A stretch of 64,000 bases of DNA from an uncultured Spirochaetota bacterium (GTDB lineage: Bacteria; Spirochaetota; Spirochaetia; SZUA-6; Fen-1364), in the NCBI GenBank assembly GCA_963734545.1, contig CAVTHO010000007.1:128001-192000 (forward strand), in the 5' to 3' direction. Shown here in pieces: positions 38,150 to 48,258 of this stretch. The translations under genes were made by a program, and so were the position numbers. Each line of letters starts with the position of its first letter. Within the stretch, counting starts at the first letter, position 1. The notes beneath the pieces were generated by a model, which searched no databases, was not told the origin of the DNA, and was given only the letters and a program-made list of their open reading frames with translations.

Positions 38150-38279
38150 GCCGCTGTACTCCGGCGGAGATGATATCGCAGCGAGGGCATGCGTGTCAAT
38201 TTTCAGGATCTACTACACATAAGTTACATAGTTCCGATAATTATGCTGCTTTTTTGCACTTTTTCCGTACTGAGCACTG

Positions 38280-38354
38280 TTGACATCTCGTGTTTCAGAG
38301 GTATTATCTGCACCAGGAGGTGGGAAAAAGTGGGGGAGATTAGGAAAAAGTGGT
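38280..38354 (+). promoter_or_regulatory. dcw promoter with MraZ-binding GTGG boxes
   Basis: TTGACA(38280)-16 nt-TATTAT. Boxes GTGGG (38320), GTGGG (38330), TTAGG (38340) and GTGGT (38350) at 10-nt period. Confidence 0.8.
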
Positions 38355-38364
38355 GAAGTGAACC

Positions 38365-38805
38365 ATGATAACAGGAGAATTCCGTTGTTCATTGGATGAG
38401 AAGGGCAGACTGCTCATTCCGGCGAGAATGAGGACAGAAGTCGCCGGAAATGAGGTTATCCTCACCCGGGGCGTGGAAAACTGCCTCTGGCTCTTCCCTC
38501 CTGAAGAATGGAAGATATTCTCTGAAAACCTCATCGGTTCAACGTCGCTCTTCCAGGAAAAAGCAAGACTGATCCAGCGCCGCATGATCGCTCCCGCCCA
38601 GGAGACGGAGATCGACAAGGCGGGCAGAATCGTCATTCCCCAGACTCTGAGAGAATACGCGGACCTCAGGAAGGAATGCCTGATCCTGGGGCTGAAGAAG
38701 TACATGGAGATCTGGTCCGAGGCCTCCTACCAGGACTACCTGTCGGAGAACGAGGCGAAGTTCAAGGAAGCGGCCGAAGAGCTCGGGGGGAGGATCACCC
38801 TTTGA
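38365..38805 (+). CDS. mraZ: Transcriptional regulator MraZ
   Basis: LDEKGRLLIP, IDKAGRIVIP..LREYA, MEIW. Confidence 0.96.
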   Translation: MITGEFRCSLDEKGRLLIPARMRTEVAGNEVILTRGVENCLWLFPPEEWKIFSENLIGSTSLFQEKARLIQRRMIAPAQETEIDKAGRIVIPQTLREYADLRKECLILGLKKYMEIWSEASYQDYLSENEAKFKEAAEELGGRITL

Positions 38806-39782
38806 TTTTTCACCAGCCGGTGCTTGCGCAGTCGGTCCTCGCGCTTCTCGTGCCGCCCTCCGATGCCGGGCTGATCATCGATGCCACGCTGGGTGAAGGA
38901 GGGCACGCGGAGGCGTTCCTGTCGAAGTATCCCGGCCTGTTTCTCATCGGCATTGATGCGGATGGCTCGATCCTGCAGGCGGCGCAGGCCAGGCTTTCAC
39001 CGTTCACCGACCGGATCCGGCTGGTCAACGTCTGGTTTGCGGACTTCCTGGCGCGCTACGCGGAGGAAAAGAGTCCGGACCTCATCCTGATGGACCTGGG
39101 GGTTTCCCGCTACCATTACGAGGGAAGCGCCCGCGGCTTCTCATTCGACAGGGACGAGGACCTGGACATGCGGCTGGGCAGCGATCTCACCACGACGGCG
39201 GCAGACATCGTCAACTCGGCGGACGGAGCGGAGATCGCTGATATCCTGTTCCGCTATGGCGAAGAGAAGTTCGCCCGTCTCATCGCCTCCCGCATCGTCA
39301 GGGAGCGCGCCGAAGCGCCCATCACGCGCGCGAGGCGTCTGGCGAATCTCGTGGCCGCCGCGGTGCCTGACCGCTATCGGCACAGGCGGATCCATCCTGC
39401 CACCCGCACTTTCCAGGCCCTGCGGATCGCGGTGAACCGCGAGCTCGAGCAGCTGGAAACAGGTCTCAAGGAAGCGTTGAGGGTCCTGAAGCCCGGCGGC
39501 AGGATCGGCGTCATCACTTTCCACTCGCTGGAGGACCGGATCGTCAAGCGGTTCTTCCGGGACAAGAGCAAGGAGTGTACGTGCCCACCGGAATGGCCGA
39601 TCTGTCAATGTGGGGGAAAAGCGGAGCTGCGCCTCGTCACCGGCAAGCCCGTCACCGCCTCCGAGGAGGAGGTCTCCCACAACCCGGCGAGCCGCAGCGC
39701 CAAGCTGAGGGTGGCGGAGAAGCCCCTTCTGCAGGGAGCGGCCGCTCCCGTACGCGCGAGACGCGGGAAGGGGGACAAATGA
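38802..39782 (+). CDS. rsmH: 16S rRNA m4C1402 methyltransferase
   Basis: HQPVL, DATLGEGGHA, DLGVS, LDMR, HPATRTFQALRIAVN, FHSLEDRIVK, NPASRSAKLR. TTG start. Confidence 0.96.
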   Translation: MIFHQPVLAQSVLALLVPPSDAGLIIDATLGEGGHAEAFLSKYPGLFLIGIDADGSILQAAQARLSPFTDRIRLVNVWFADFLARYAEEKSPDLILMDLGVSRYHYEGSARGFSFDRDEDLDMRLGSDLTTTAADIVNSADGAEIADILFRYGEEKFARLIASRIVRERAEAPITRARRLANLVAAAVPDRYRHRRIHPATRTFQALRIAVNRELEQLETGLKEALRVLKPGGRIGVITFHSLEDRIVKRFFRDKSKECTCPPEWPICQCGGKAELRLVTGKPVTASEEEVSHNPASRSAKLRVAEKPLLQGAAAPVRARRGKGDK

Positions 39783-40072
39783 GAAGAATCATGTGGGCGC
39801 TGCTCTGCCTGGCGATCCCCGGGCTCCTCTTTCTGAACGCATGGCAGGGCTTCCGGTACAATGACCTCACGGATCGGGTCGGAGCGCTGGAAAAGCAGCA
39901 GAAAGACCTGCTGGAAAAAAACAGGGACACGATCGCCCAGATCGCATATGAGACCTCCCCGGAACGGGTGGGGCAGAAGGCAGCCCGGATCGAGGGGCTG
40001 ATACCCCTGGACCAGTCCGCCATCACGCGCCTCCGGGCGGATGCGGCTGCACAGGGAGGACCGGCGCAGTGA
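39779..40072 (+). CDS. ftsL: Cell division protein FtsL-like
   Basis: One TM plus coiled coil ending SPERV; located after rsmH. Confidence 0.75.
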   Translation: MRRIMWALLCLAIPGLLFLNAWQGFRYNDLTDRVGALEKQQKDLLEKNRDTIAQIAYETSPERVGQKAARIEGLIPLDQSAITRLRADAAAQGGPAQ

Positions 40073-41505
40073 TGGCAATCGGCACCAGGCTGTTTTCCTT
40101 TGCCGACGTCCTCCGCGCCACCGGCGGGCGGGTCGTCGTCGAGGCCCGTGACCCGGAGGGAATTTCCTCCGTGGTCACCGATTCGCGCGCGAGCGGGGAG
40201 GGCTCCCTCTTTGTCGCCCTGCGCGGTGAAAGGACCGACGGCCATGAGTTTCTCGAGCAGGTCGCGCGCGCGGGCGGCGCGGCGCTTCTCGTCTCCGCGG
40301 AGCAGGCCGCCCGCCGCCGGGACGAGCTCGCCGCCCTGCACGCCGCTCATGGCGTGGGAGCGATCGCGGTCGAGGATACCCTTGCCGGTCTGCAGGACCT
40401 TGCCCGGTTCCACATGCGCCGGCTCCAATCGGTGACACGAATCGGGATTACCGGCTCCAACGGCAAGACCACCACGAAGGAGATCATCGGGCTCATTCTC
40501 TCCCGCTCCGCGGCGACTGCGAAGAACGAGGGGAACCTGAACTCGGAGATCGGCCTGCCGCTTTCATGCTTCACGGTGGAGCAGAAGCACAGGTACGCCG
40601 TGTTCGAGATGGGCATGAACCACCGGGGAGAGATGGGGGTGCTCGCCGATATCGCACGTCCCGACCTCGCGCTGGTGACCAATATCGGCACCGCGCACGT
40701 CGGAATTCTGGGATCGCAGGACGAGATAGCAAAAGAGAAGAAGAAGATCTTCGCCCATTTCGACGGCCGCCAGGTCGGCCTGTTGCCCGAGGACGAACGC
40801 TACAGGGAGTTCCTTGCCGAGGGCGTGAAGGGCAGGATCGTCCTCTTCGGACCGAAGAGCACACCGGGCTACGGGGGAAGCGAAAGCTTGGGACTGGGTG
40901 GAACGCTCATCCACTGGGAGGGGTTCCGGGTCCGCTTCCCGCTCTTCGGTCCGTACAATCTCGCCAACGCGCTCGGAGCGGTCTCCGTCGCGCGCGAGCT
41001 GGGCGTCCCGAACGCGGAGATACGTGACGGGCTCGAGGCCGTCACTCCGCTGTTCGGGCGGTCCCAGATCGTCACGGGACCTGTCACCGTGATCGTCGAT
41101 TGTTACAATGCAAACCCCGATTCCATGGCCAGCGCACTCTCCTTCGTCGAAGCGCTGCCCTGGAAAGGGAAGAAAATCGCGGTGCTGGGAGGGATGCGGG
41201 AGCTCGGAGACTCGTCCACGGCCGCGCACAGCGCGCTCGGCTGGCGGCTGCGTCAGACCGGGCTCGATACGGTCTTCCTGTTCGGTGAAGAGATGGAACA
41301 TGCGTGGAAGGCCATCGCGGGCTCTCCGGCCGAGCGGCGCGGGCGCTGGACGGTCGATCTTGCTTCGCTGGACGCCCAGCTGAATCGGCTCGTGGCGCCG
41401 GGGGACCTCGTATTGCTGAAGGGTTCACGCGGGCTGGAGCTGGAAAGGCTCCTTCCCCGTCTCACCGGTCGAGGATCCGTCGACCAGGGGGAAACAAGGT
41501 GCTGA
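40069..41505 (+). CDS. murF: UDP-MurNAc-tripeptide D-Ala-D-Ala ligase
   Basis: GITGSNGKTTTKE, NSEIGLP, EMGMNHRGE, DCYNANP, LLKGSRG. Confidence 0.95.
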   Translation: MMAIGTRLFSFADVLRATGGRVVVEARDPEGISSVVTDSRASGEGSLFVALRGERTDGHEFLEQVARAGGAALLVSAEQAARRRDELAALHAAHGVGAIAVEDTLAGLQDLARFHMRRLQSVTRIGITGSNGKTTTKEIIGLILSRSAATAKNEGNLNSEIGLPLSCFTVEQKHRYAVFEMGMNHRGEMGVLADIARPDLALVTNIGTAHVGILGSQDEIAKEKKKIFAHFDGRQVGLLPEDERYREFLAEGVKGRIVLFGPKSTPGYGGSESLGLGGTLIHWEGFRVRFPLFGPYNLANALGAVSVARELGVPNAEIRDGLEAVTPLFGRSQIVTGPVTVIVDCYNANPDSMASALSFVEALPWKGKKIAVLGGMRELGDSSTAAHSALGWRLRQTGLDTVFLFGEEMEHAWKAIAGSPAERRGRWTVDLASLDAQLNRLVAPGDLVLLKGSRGLELERLLPRLTGRGSVDQGETRC

Positions 41506-42572
41506 AGTTTCTCTACCCGCTCAGGCAGTACTTCTCGGTCCTCAACATATTCCAGTACATCACTTTCCGCGCCGCGTATGCGGCCATCACGGCCCTCCTC
41601 ATTGCGTTCCTGTTCGGGCCCTGGGTCATTGCCCGACTGCGTGCCCTCAAGACAGGGTGGACCGCGCGGGAGGACACGCCGACGACCCACAAGGCCAAGG
41701 CGGGAACACCGACCATGGGAGGCGTCCTGATCATACTCTCCGTCGGCGTCTCGACGCTCCTCTGGCAGGACCCGGCCAGCATGTACACCTGGCTGCTCCT
41801 CTTCGCCGCTTTGGGCTTCGGGGCGATCGGCTTTGTCGATGACTGGTTGAAAATGTCGCGACGCAAGAAGGGCATCAGCGCCGGGGTGAAGATCGGCGGG
41901 CAGTTCCTGGTTTCCACCCTCATCGTCATGGCCCTCTACCTGCAGAGGGGAGAGACGACCACGCTGCTGTACCTCCCGTTTTTCAAGCGCGCCGTCCTCG
42001 ACCTGTCCTGGCTCTACATCCCGTTCGCCGTCGTCCTGATGGTCGGATATTCGAATGCGGTGAACCTCACCGACGGCCTGGACGGCCTGGCGATCGGGCT
42101 CGTCATCATGGTCGCGCTGGCGCTCACCGTGCTCGCCTATCTCACCGGGAGGGTGGACTACGCGGAATACCTCCAGATCCCATTCGTCAAGGGAAGCGGG
42201 GAAGTCGCCATCTTCTGCCTCGCGGTGGTCGGCGCCTCGGTGGGCTTCCTCTGGTTCAACTCGCACCCGGCCGAGGTGTGGATGGGAGACACGGGCAGCC
42301 TGCCCCTCGGCGGCGTGCTGGGAGTCGTCGCGCTGATACTGAAGAAGGAGATCCTGATCCTCATCCTGGGAGGGGTTTTCGTCCTGGAAATCCTCTCGGT
42401 CACGATCCAGGTTATTTCGTTCAAGCTCACGGGAAAGCGCGTCTTCAAGATGGCCCCGCTGCACCACCACTTCGAGCTCAGCGGCTGGCCCGAGAGCAAG
42501 GTGGTGACGCGGCTGTGGATTCTCGGCGGGCTCTTTGCGATCCTGGGCCTGTCCACGTTGAAGATCCAGTAG
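41499..42572 (+). CDS. mraY: Phospho-MurNAc-pentapeptide transferase
   Basis: KAGTPTMGG, DDWLK, NAVNLTDGLDGL, MGDTGS, MAPLHHHFE. Confidence 0.97.
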   Translation: MLKFLYPLRQYFSVLNIFQYITFRAAYAAITALLIAFLFGPWVIARLRALKTGWTAREDTPTTHKAKAGTPTMGGVLIILSVGVSTLLWQDPASMYTWLLLFAALGFGAIGFVDDWLKMSRRKKGISAGVKIGGQFLVSTLIVMALYLQRGETTTLLYLPFFKRAVLDLSWLYIPFAVVLMVGYSNAVNLTDGLDGLAIGLVIMVALALTVLAYLTGRVDYAEYLQIPFVKGSGEVAIFCLAVVGASVGFLWFNSHPAEVWMGDTGSLPLGGVLGVVALILKKEILILILGGVFVLEILSVTIQVISFKLTGKRVFKMAPLHHHFELSGWPESKVVTRLWILGGLFAILGLSTLKIQ

Positions 42573-42585
42573 GCGGAGCGTGGGA

Positions 42586-43692
42586 ATGGAACGCGTCGAA
42601 AAAGAACGCAGCGATATGCTCCTCGTGATGCTCGTTGTCGCCGTTCTGGGCGTCGGTGTCGCGCTCCTGTTCTCCAGCTCCTACCCGTTCGCAAGCCGCG
42701 TGTACAGGGATCCCCTCTATCTCGTCAAGCGGCAGCTTCTGTGGGCGGGGCTCGGCGCGGTGGCGGCATTCGTGCTCTCCCTGACGCCGCTGGAGGTCTT
42801 TCGCCGTTCCATGCCCCTGATCCTGCTCGGCACGCTGGCCGTGGCGGTGCTGCCGTTCGTGCCGGTCCTGGGCGCGTCGGTGCTCGGATCCCGGCGCTGG
42901 ATCACCCTCTTCGGCCTTTCCTTTCAGCCTTCCGAGCTCGTGAAGGTCACCCTGATCCTCTATCTCGCCTCCTATTTCGCCAACCGGGAAGGGGCGGCGA
43001 CCATGTCGCTCAACTCTCTCATTCCCCCCTTCATAGTCATTTGCGTGTTTTCGGCCATCATCCTTCTGCAGAACGACTACTCGACGTCGATCTTTGTCCT
43101 GACGATCGGGCTCGCCATGCTTTACGTCGCCCGGGTGCGGGGCCTGCATCTGCTGGTGGTGACGCTCTTCACCGTGCCGATGGGGTTTCTTCTCCTTTTC
43201 ACCCGCGAGCACCGGGTGCAGCGTCTCCTGGCGTTTCTCGATCTGTCCTCGTATCGCTCAGGGACCGGCTACCAGATCGTCAACGCGAAGTCCGCGCTGG
43301 TGAGCGGCGGCCTGTGGGGCAAGGGACTGGGAAGGAGCACGGCAAAGCTGGGCTCGCTTCCCATGGCGCATTCGGATTTCATCTACGCCGTCATCGGCGA
43401 GGAGACGGGCCTTCTGGGAGCGCTCTTCGTGCTCGCCCTGTTCGCGCTGCTCGTCTGGCGGGGCTTTCAGATCGCCTTCCACACGGAAGACCATTTTTCC
43501 TACCTCGTCGCGTTCGGTGTCACCGCCTCCCTGGGCCTGCAGGCGCTTCTCAACATGGCCGTGGCCGTGGGTCTGGTTCCGACGACCGGAGTCACGCTTC
43601 CGTTCTTTTCCGCCGGCGGGTCGTCCCTGTTCGTGACCCTCGTCATGTGCGGGCTGCTGGTGAACGTGTCGCGGAGGGCTTCGCATGTCTAG
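42586..43692 (+). CDS. ftsW: SEDS peptidoglycan polymerase FtsW
   Basis: RRWI, FQPSELVK, HSDFIYAVIGEE, PTTGVTLPFFSAGGSS. Confidence 0.95.
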   Translation: MERVEKERSDMLLVMLVVAVLGVGVALLFSSSYPFASRVYRDPLYLVKRQLLWAGLGAVAAFVLSLTPLEVFRRSMPLILLGTLAVAVLPFVPVLGASVLGSRRWITLFGLSFQPSELVKVTLILYLASYFANREGAATMSLNSLIPPFIVICVFSAIILLQNDYSTSIFVLTIGLAMLYVARVRGLHLLVVTLFTVPMGFLLLFTREHRVQRLLAFLDLSSYRSGTGYQIVNAKSALVSGGLWGKGLGRSTAKLGSLPMAHSDFIYAVIGEETGLLGALFVLALFALLVWRGFQIAFHTEDHFSYLVAFGVTASLGLQALLNMAVAVGLVPTTGVTLPFFSAGGSSLFVTLVMCGLLVNVSRRASHV

Positions 43693-44674
43693 CGTCTTCG
43701 CGCTTCGCGACAGGACGGGCAGGCGCGAGGAAAGACCGTTCTCTCGATGGGCGCGGCCCTTTCTTGTCATCCTCTCCGCGCTCTGCGCCCTCGCGCTGTT
43801 TGCGCGATTTGCCGCCGTGCCGATCATGGAGATCCGCCACGTCGTGGTGCAGAGCGACATGCCGCTCACGGACGCGCAGGTTCTCGCGATATCGGGAATT
43901 CATGGTGACGAGCACTGGTACTCGATTGCCACGACGGACATACAGAAGCGCCTCGAGGCAAATCCCCTGATCCGCCGGGCGGAAGTGCGGAGGATATTCC
44001 CCAATACGGTGCACATGAGCGTGTGGGGACGCCAGCCGGCGGCGCTCGTTCTGGCCGCCTCGGCCGGGCGCAGTCTCCCCGTTCTGGTCGACGGGGACGG
44101 GGTCGTCTTCAAGATCTGTACCACCGCTGCCGAAGTCGACCTCCCGGTCATCACCGGGCTCGACGTGGGAGAGACGGGCCTGGGCGACAGGCTTCCACAC
44201 GCGTACGCATCCCTGTTCGCGGACCTGAAAGCCCTGCGGGAGCGCGCTCCTTCCCTGTACCGGCTGGTATCCGAGGTGCGCATCATTGCGCCGCGGTACT
44301 CCGCGGATTCTGCGCCGCGGTACTCCGCGGATTCTGCGCCGCGGTACTCCGCGGATTCTGCGCCGAGAGACACGGCATCCGCTGCGAGCTTCGACATGCT
44401 GCTCTATCTCACCAATTCCCAGGTGCCCGTGCGCGCCCGAGGCGCGATCGACGAAAGCCTGCTGAAGTACACTCTCATGGTCCTGGACCTCTTGTCGAAG
44501 CAGGGCATTGTGCAGGATATTCAGGAACTCGACTTTCGGAGCGGGAACGTGGTCTACAGAATGAGTGCGCGGAGTACCGACGCCGCGAGTGCGCGGAGTA
44601 CCGACGCCGCGAATGCGCGGAGTACCGACGCCGCGAATGCGCGGAGTACCGACGCCGCGTTGAAGGGGGGATAG
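43685..44674 (+). CDS. ftsQ: FtsQ/DivIB with two tandem repeat insertions
   Basis: TM, POTRA (LEANPLIRRAEVRRIFPNTV), DLPVITG, ELDFR; located between ftsW and ftsA. Confidence 0.9.
   Translation: MSSVFALRDRTGRREERPFSRWARPFLVILSALCALALFARFAAVPIMEIRHVVVQSDMPLTDAQVLAISGIHGDEHWYSIATTDIQKRLEANPLIRRAEVRRIFPNTVHMSVWGRQPAALVLAASAGRSLPVLVDGDGVVFKICTTAAEVDLPVITGLDVGETGLGDRLPHAYASLFADLKALRERAPSLYRLVSEVRIIAPRYSADSAPRYSADSAPRYSADSAPRDTASAASFDMLLYLTNSQVPVRARGAIDESLLKYTLMVLDLLSKQGIVQDIQELDFRSGNVVYRMSARSTDAASARSTDAANARSTDAANARSTDAALKGG
44288..44365 (+). repeat. 3 x 24-bp perfect tandem repeat in ftsQ (APRYSADS)
   Basis: gcgccgcggtactccgcggattct x3 + gcgccg. Confidence 0.97.
44564..44659 (-). repeat. 4 x 24-bp tandem repeat at the ftsQ 3' end (S/N-ARSTDAA), inverted variant
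   Basis: a(g/a)tgcgcggagtaccgacgccgcg x4. Its reverse complement shares cggtactccgcg with the first array. Confidence 0.95.
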
Positions 44675-44679
44675 CTCAG

Positions 44680-45917
44680 GTGGCGGCATCAGAAGAACTG
44701 ATCGTCGGACTGGACATCGGCACGACGAAAGTGTGCGCCATCATCGGCGAATTCAGCGAGACGGGCCAGCTCGAGATCATCGGCGTCGGCACCACTCCCT
44801 CGCGCGGCCTGCGCCGCGGCGTCGTGATCAACATCGAGTCCACCGTCAAGTCGATCCAGAACGCCGTGGAGTCCGCGGAGCTGATGTCCGGGCGCGAGGT
44901 GCACGGGGTTTTCACCGGCGTCGCCGGGGGGCACATCGAAGGTATCAACTCCCGCGGAGTCGTGGCCGTGACGGGCAAGGACAGGGAGATCACGAAGGAA
45001 GACGTCGACCGGGTGATCGACGCGGCCAAGGCAATCGTCATCCCGATGGACCGTGAAGTCCTGCATGTCATCCCGCAGGAGTTCATCGTCGATCAGCAGG
45101 GCGGAATCAAGAACCCCGTGGGAATGGTCGGCGTCCGGCTCGAGGCGGAGGCGCACATCATCACCGGCGCGGTGACCTCCGCCCAGAACATCGTAAAATG
45201 CGTCAATCGTGCGGGCTTCAAGGTCAACGACATCGTGCTCGAGCCGCTGGCATCTTCCAAGGCTGTGCTCACCGCGGACGAAAAGGAGCTGGGAGTGCTG
45301 CTCATCGACCTCGGCGGCGGCACGACCGACGTTCTGGTGCACCTCGAAGGCGCCCCTTATCACACCGAGGTGCTCTCGATCGGCGGGGAACAGGTGACCA
45401 GTGACGTCTCGATCATGCTGAAGACGCCCCTGGAAGTGGCGGAAAAGATCAAGAAGGAGCACGGCTGCTGCTATGTTCCCGCCGTTCTCGACGACGTCGA
45501 AGTGGTGATTCCCGGAGTCGGGGGAGGGCGCCTCGGAAGATCGGCCGCCGCGGCATGGCGGAGATCATTCAGCCGCGCATGGCGGAGATACTCGGCATGG
45601 TGAAGGAGCAGATCGAGAAGAGAGGGTACCTGCACCTGCTGGGCGGCGGCGTGGTGTTGACGGGCGGCGGTTCCCTTCTTTCGGGGGCCGGCGAGCTGGC
45701 CTCCGAGATATTCGGGCTCCCCGCCCGGGTGGGCTACCCGGTGAAGCTCGGCGGCCTCGTGGAAGAATACCACGATCCGATGTACGCCACCGGCGTGGGA
45801 CTGGTCATGTACGGCGCCTCCCGTGAGGGAAGTGAGGGTTTCGATACGAGCTCCAGCGAGAGCACATTCACGAGCGTATGGGAGAGGATGAGGACCTGGT
45901 TCAAGGATTTTTTCTAA
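44680..45917 (+). CDS. ftsA: Cell division protein FtsA (frameshift in G-run near 45525)
   Basis: GLDIGTTKV, LIDLGGGTTD, then in the second frame VVLTGGGS and YATGVGL. Confidence 0.95.
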
Positions 45918-45925
45918 ACTGATAA

Positions 45926-45989
45926 CCGACGCGCGGTCGGCCTTTCGGCCATCCCTGGCCTCGGCCGACCTCGACATCCATGTCTACGG
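45926..45989 (-). repeat. GTAG-tagged REP-like element between ftsA and ftsZ
   Basis: Minus strand ccgtagacatggatgtcgaggtcggccgaggccagggatggccgaaaggccgacc, homologous to 26986-27026 and 30112-30166. Confidence 0.8.
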
Positions 45990-45998
45990 GAGGGGGAC

Positions 45999-47156
45999 AT
46001 GAACATCGAGCTTTTCAATAACGAGGGCACAAGCCCGACCGTGATCAAGGTTGTCGGCGTGGGCGGCGGCGGCAGCAACGGCGTCAACCGCATGATCGCC
46101 ATGGGGTTGAAAAATGTGTCGTTCGTCGCCATCAACACCGACCAGCAGGCGCTGCACAGCTCCAATGCCCAAACCAGGTTTGCGATCGGGACGAAACTCA
46201 CGGGGGGCCTCGGCGCGGGAGGGATACCGGAGATCGGAGAGAAGGCCGCGCTGGAAGACCAGGAGAGCGTCCAGAACCTTCTGAAGGGCGCCGATATGGT
46301 CTTCATCACCGCCGGCATGGGGGGCGGGACCGGCACGGGGGCGGCGCCCGTGGTGGCGCACGTGGCCCGCCAGATGGGCGCGCTGACCGTTGCCGTGGTG
46401 ACGAAGCCCTTTGACTTCGAGGGAAAGCGCAAGATGCAGCTTGCGGAAGAGGGCATCGAGAAGCTGCGCCAGGAAGTCGACACCCTCATCACCATTCCCA
46501 ACCAGTATCTCCTGAAGATCGCGGAAAAGCGCACTCCCATCCGGGAGGCCTTTTTCATGGCGGACGAGGTGCTGCGCCAGGGAGTGCAGGGCATCTCGGA
46601 CCTCATCACGGAGCCGGGCGAGATCAACATCGACTTCGCCGACGTGCGCACGATCATGAAAGGCAAAGGCGATGCCCTCATGGGGATCGGCATCGGCAGC
46701 GGCGAGAACAGGGCGACAGACGCCGCCACGAACGCGATCAACAACCCGCTCCTGGAGGACGCGCGCGTCGAGGGGGCAAAGGGAATCCTTGTCAACGTCA
46801 CTGGCGGATTCGATTTCTGTCTCTCCGAGTACGAGGAGGTCCTGAAGATCATCACGGCGAACGCGGACGACGACGCGATGATCATCGCCGGGACCTCGAT
46901 CGTGGAATCGATGAACGACAGGCTGCGCGTGACGGTGATCGCCACAGGCTTTTCGACGGAGAAGCCGCGCGCGGCGGTCCAGGAACCGGAGCGGGCCGAG
47001 GCGGAGATCATCCCGTACGAGGAATGGGCCTCGATGGGAAAAACCGGCACCCGCACGCATGCGGAAGATTTCCTCCTGGGCAGAAACTCCCGCGAGGCGG
47101 ATCTGAGCGTCCCGACTGTGCTGCGTGAGAAGCGGACCGCCGGTCAAAAGGACTAG
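45999..47156 (+). CDS. ftsZ: Cell division protein FtsZ
   Basis: [17 protein letters not shown] (tubulin signature), INIDFADV, C-terminal LSVPTVLR. Confidence 0.98.
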   Translation: MNIELFNNEGTSPTVIKVVGVGGGGSNGVNRMIAMGLKNVSFVAINTDQQALHSSNAQTRFAIGTKLTGGLGAGGIPEIGEKAALEDQESVQNLLKGADMVFITAGMGGGTGTGAAPVVAHVARQMGALTVAVVTKPFDFEGKRKMQLAEEGIEKLRQEVDTLITIPNQYLLKIAEKRTPIREAFFMADEVLRQGVQGISDLITEPGEINIDFADVRTIMKGKGDALMGIGIGSGENRATDAATNAINNPLLEDARVEGAKGILVNVTGGFDFCLSEYEEVLKIITANADDDAMIIAGTSIVESMNDRLRVTVIATGFSTEKPRAAVQEPERAEAEIIPYEEWASMGKTGTRTHAEDFLLGRNSREADLSVPTVLREKRTAGQKD

Positions 47157-47241
47157 GAGTCTGTAAGGTGATGGCAAGCAAAAAGCAGCCAGGTCCGCGC
47201 GTGGGCTCCCTTCCGCTCCTGGCGGAGTTGCGCGCAGAGCG

Positions 47242-47278
47242 CGCCTGCCGCCCTACGGACAGCCGCGCTTCGCGCGGC
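47242..47278 (-). repeat. Partial REP-like module between ftsZ and xerD
   Basis: Minus strand ccgtagggcggcaggcg matches 26932-26947. Adjacent hairpin gccgcgc-ttc-gcgcggc. Confidence 0.6.
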
Positions 47279-47298
47279 GCGGGCTAGAGGGCGCCGGC

Positions 47299-48258
47299 AT
47301 GGCTGACACGAACGCCCGCACCCCCGCAGCTGATGGCTTTGCCGACTACCTGTCGGCGGAGCGCGGCCTCTCGCCGACCACGGTCGCCACGTACGCCTCG
47401 GAGGCACGCGGGTTCGAGGCCTTTCTCGCGCGCTGCGGGAAGGAGGCTGCGCAGGCCGACGTGGGGGACATCGAGGCATACATGACCGAGCGCCGCGTGC
47501 ACAACATCGACTCCCGTACGCTGGCAAAGGCGGCATCTGCGATTCGGTCCTTCTATCGCTATCTCGTGCTGGAAGGGAAAATCGAAACCAATCCGGCGCG
47601 CCTGGTGGATGCCCAGCGGGTGACGATGAGAATCCCCCGTTTCCTGCAGGAGGAGGAAATCCAGAGACTCCTCGATGCCTGTGACCCCGGCCAGCCTCTC
47701 GGCATCAGGGACCGCGCGCTTTTCGAGCTGATCTACTCCTGCGGTCTGCGCGTGAGCGAAGCGGTGAATCTTACCGTGGATCGTATTTCGATGCCCGAGG
47801 CGGCACTGCGCGTCATGGGCAAAGGATCCCGGGAGAGGATGGTTCCGCTGGGAGAGCGCGCCAGGAAGCAGCTCGAATTGTATCTCTCGTCTGCGCGCCC
47901 TGCGCTCGCTGGCCGGGCTCCCGTGAACGAGTTGTTTCTCGGACGGGGCGGAAAGAAACTTTCTCGCAAGACGGTCTGGAAGTGCTTCAAGCGGCTGGCC
48001 ATTCTCGCGGGACTGGACGCAAAAGTGCATACCCTGCGTCACTCATTCGCGACGCACCTCCTGCAGGGCGGGGCGGACCTGCGTTCCGTCCAGGAGCTCC
48101 TCGGCCACGCGGATATCGGCACCACGCAGATCTACACGCACGTCAGCCAGGAAGTCTTGAAGAAAACCCATGAAGAGTTCCATCCCCGCGGCACCCCCCA
48201 CGACGCCGCACCGCGGCACTCCGCGGATTCTGGCGCACACGATCGGGGCGCGCCGTGA
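47299..48258 (+). CDS. xerD: Tyrosine recombinase XerD
   Basis: [57 protein letters not shown]. Confidence 0.88.
   Translation: MADTNARTPAADGFADYLSAERGLSPTTVATYASEARGFEAFLARCGKEAAQADVGDIEAYMTERRVHNIDSRTLAKAASAIRSFYRYLVLEGKIETNPARLVDAQRVTMRIPRFLQEEEIQRLLDACDPGQPLGIRDRALFELIYSCGLRVSEAVNLTVDRISMPEAALRVMGKGSRERMVPLGERARKQLELYLSSARPALAGRAPVNELFLGRGGKKLSRKTVWKCFKRLAILAGLDAKVHTLRHSFATHLLQGGADLRSVQELLGHADIGTTQIYTHVSQEVLKKTHEEFHPRGTPHDAAPRHSADSGAHDRGAP
48208..48231 (+). repeat. In-frame 24-bp copy in the xerD tail (APRHSADS)
   Basis: gcaccgcggcactccgcggattct is 22/24 identical to the ftsQ unit. Confidence 0.85.

Noticed and set aside
38212-38246. dif-like site (cacataagttacatagttccgataattatg)
   Set aside because: It resembles individual Xer arms, but they are not arranged as 11-6-11 in the correct orientation. 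More likely AT-rich promoter DNA.
44288-44659. 24-bp repeats as a CRISPR array
   Set aside because: Units are directly adjacent with no spacers, lie inside a CDS, and there are no cas genes in the window.
39779-46000. Absence of ftsI, murE, murD, murG and murC from the dcw cluster as a novel loss
   Set aside because: A reduced dcw cluster followed by flagellar genes is the usual spirochaete arrangement, and these genes may lie elsewhere.
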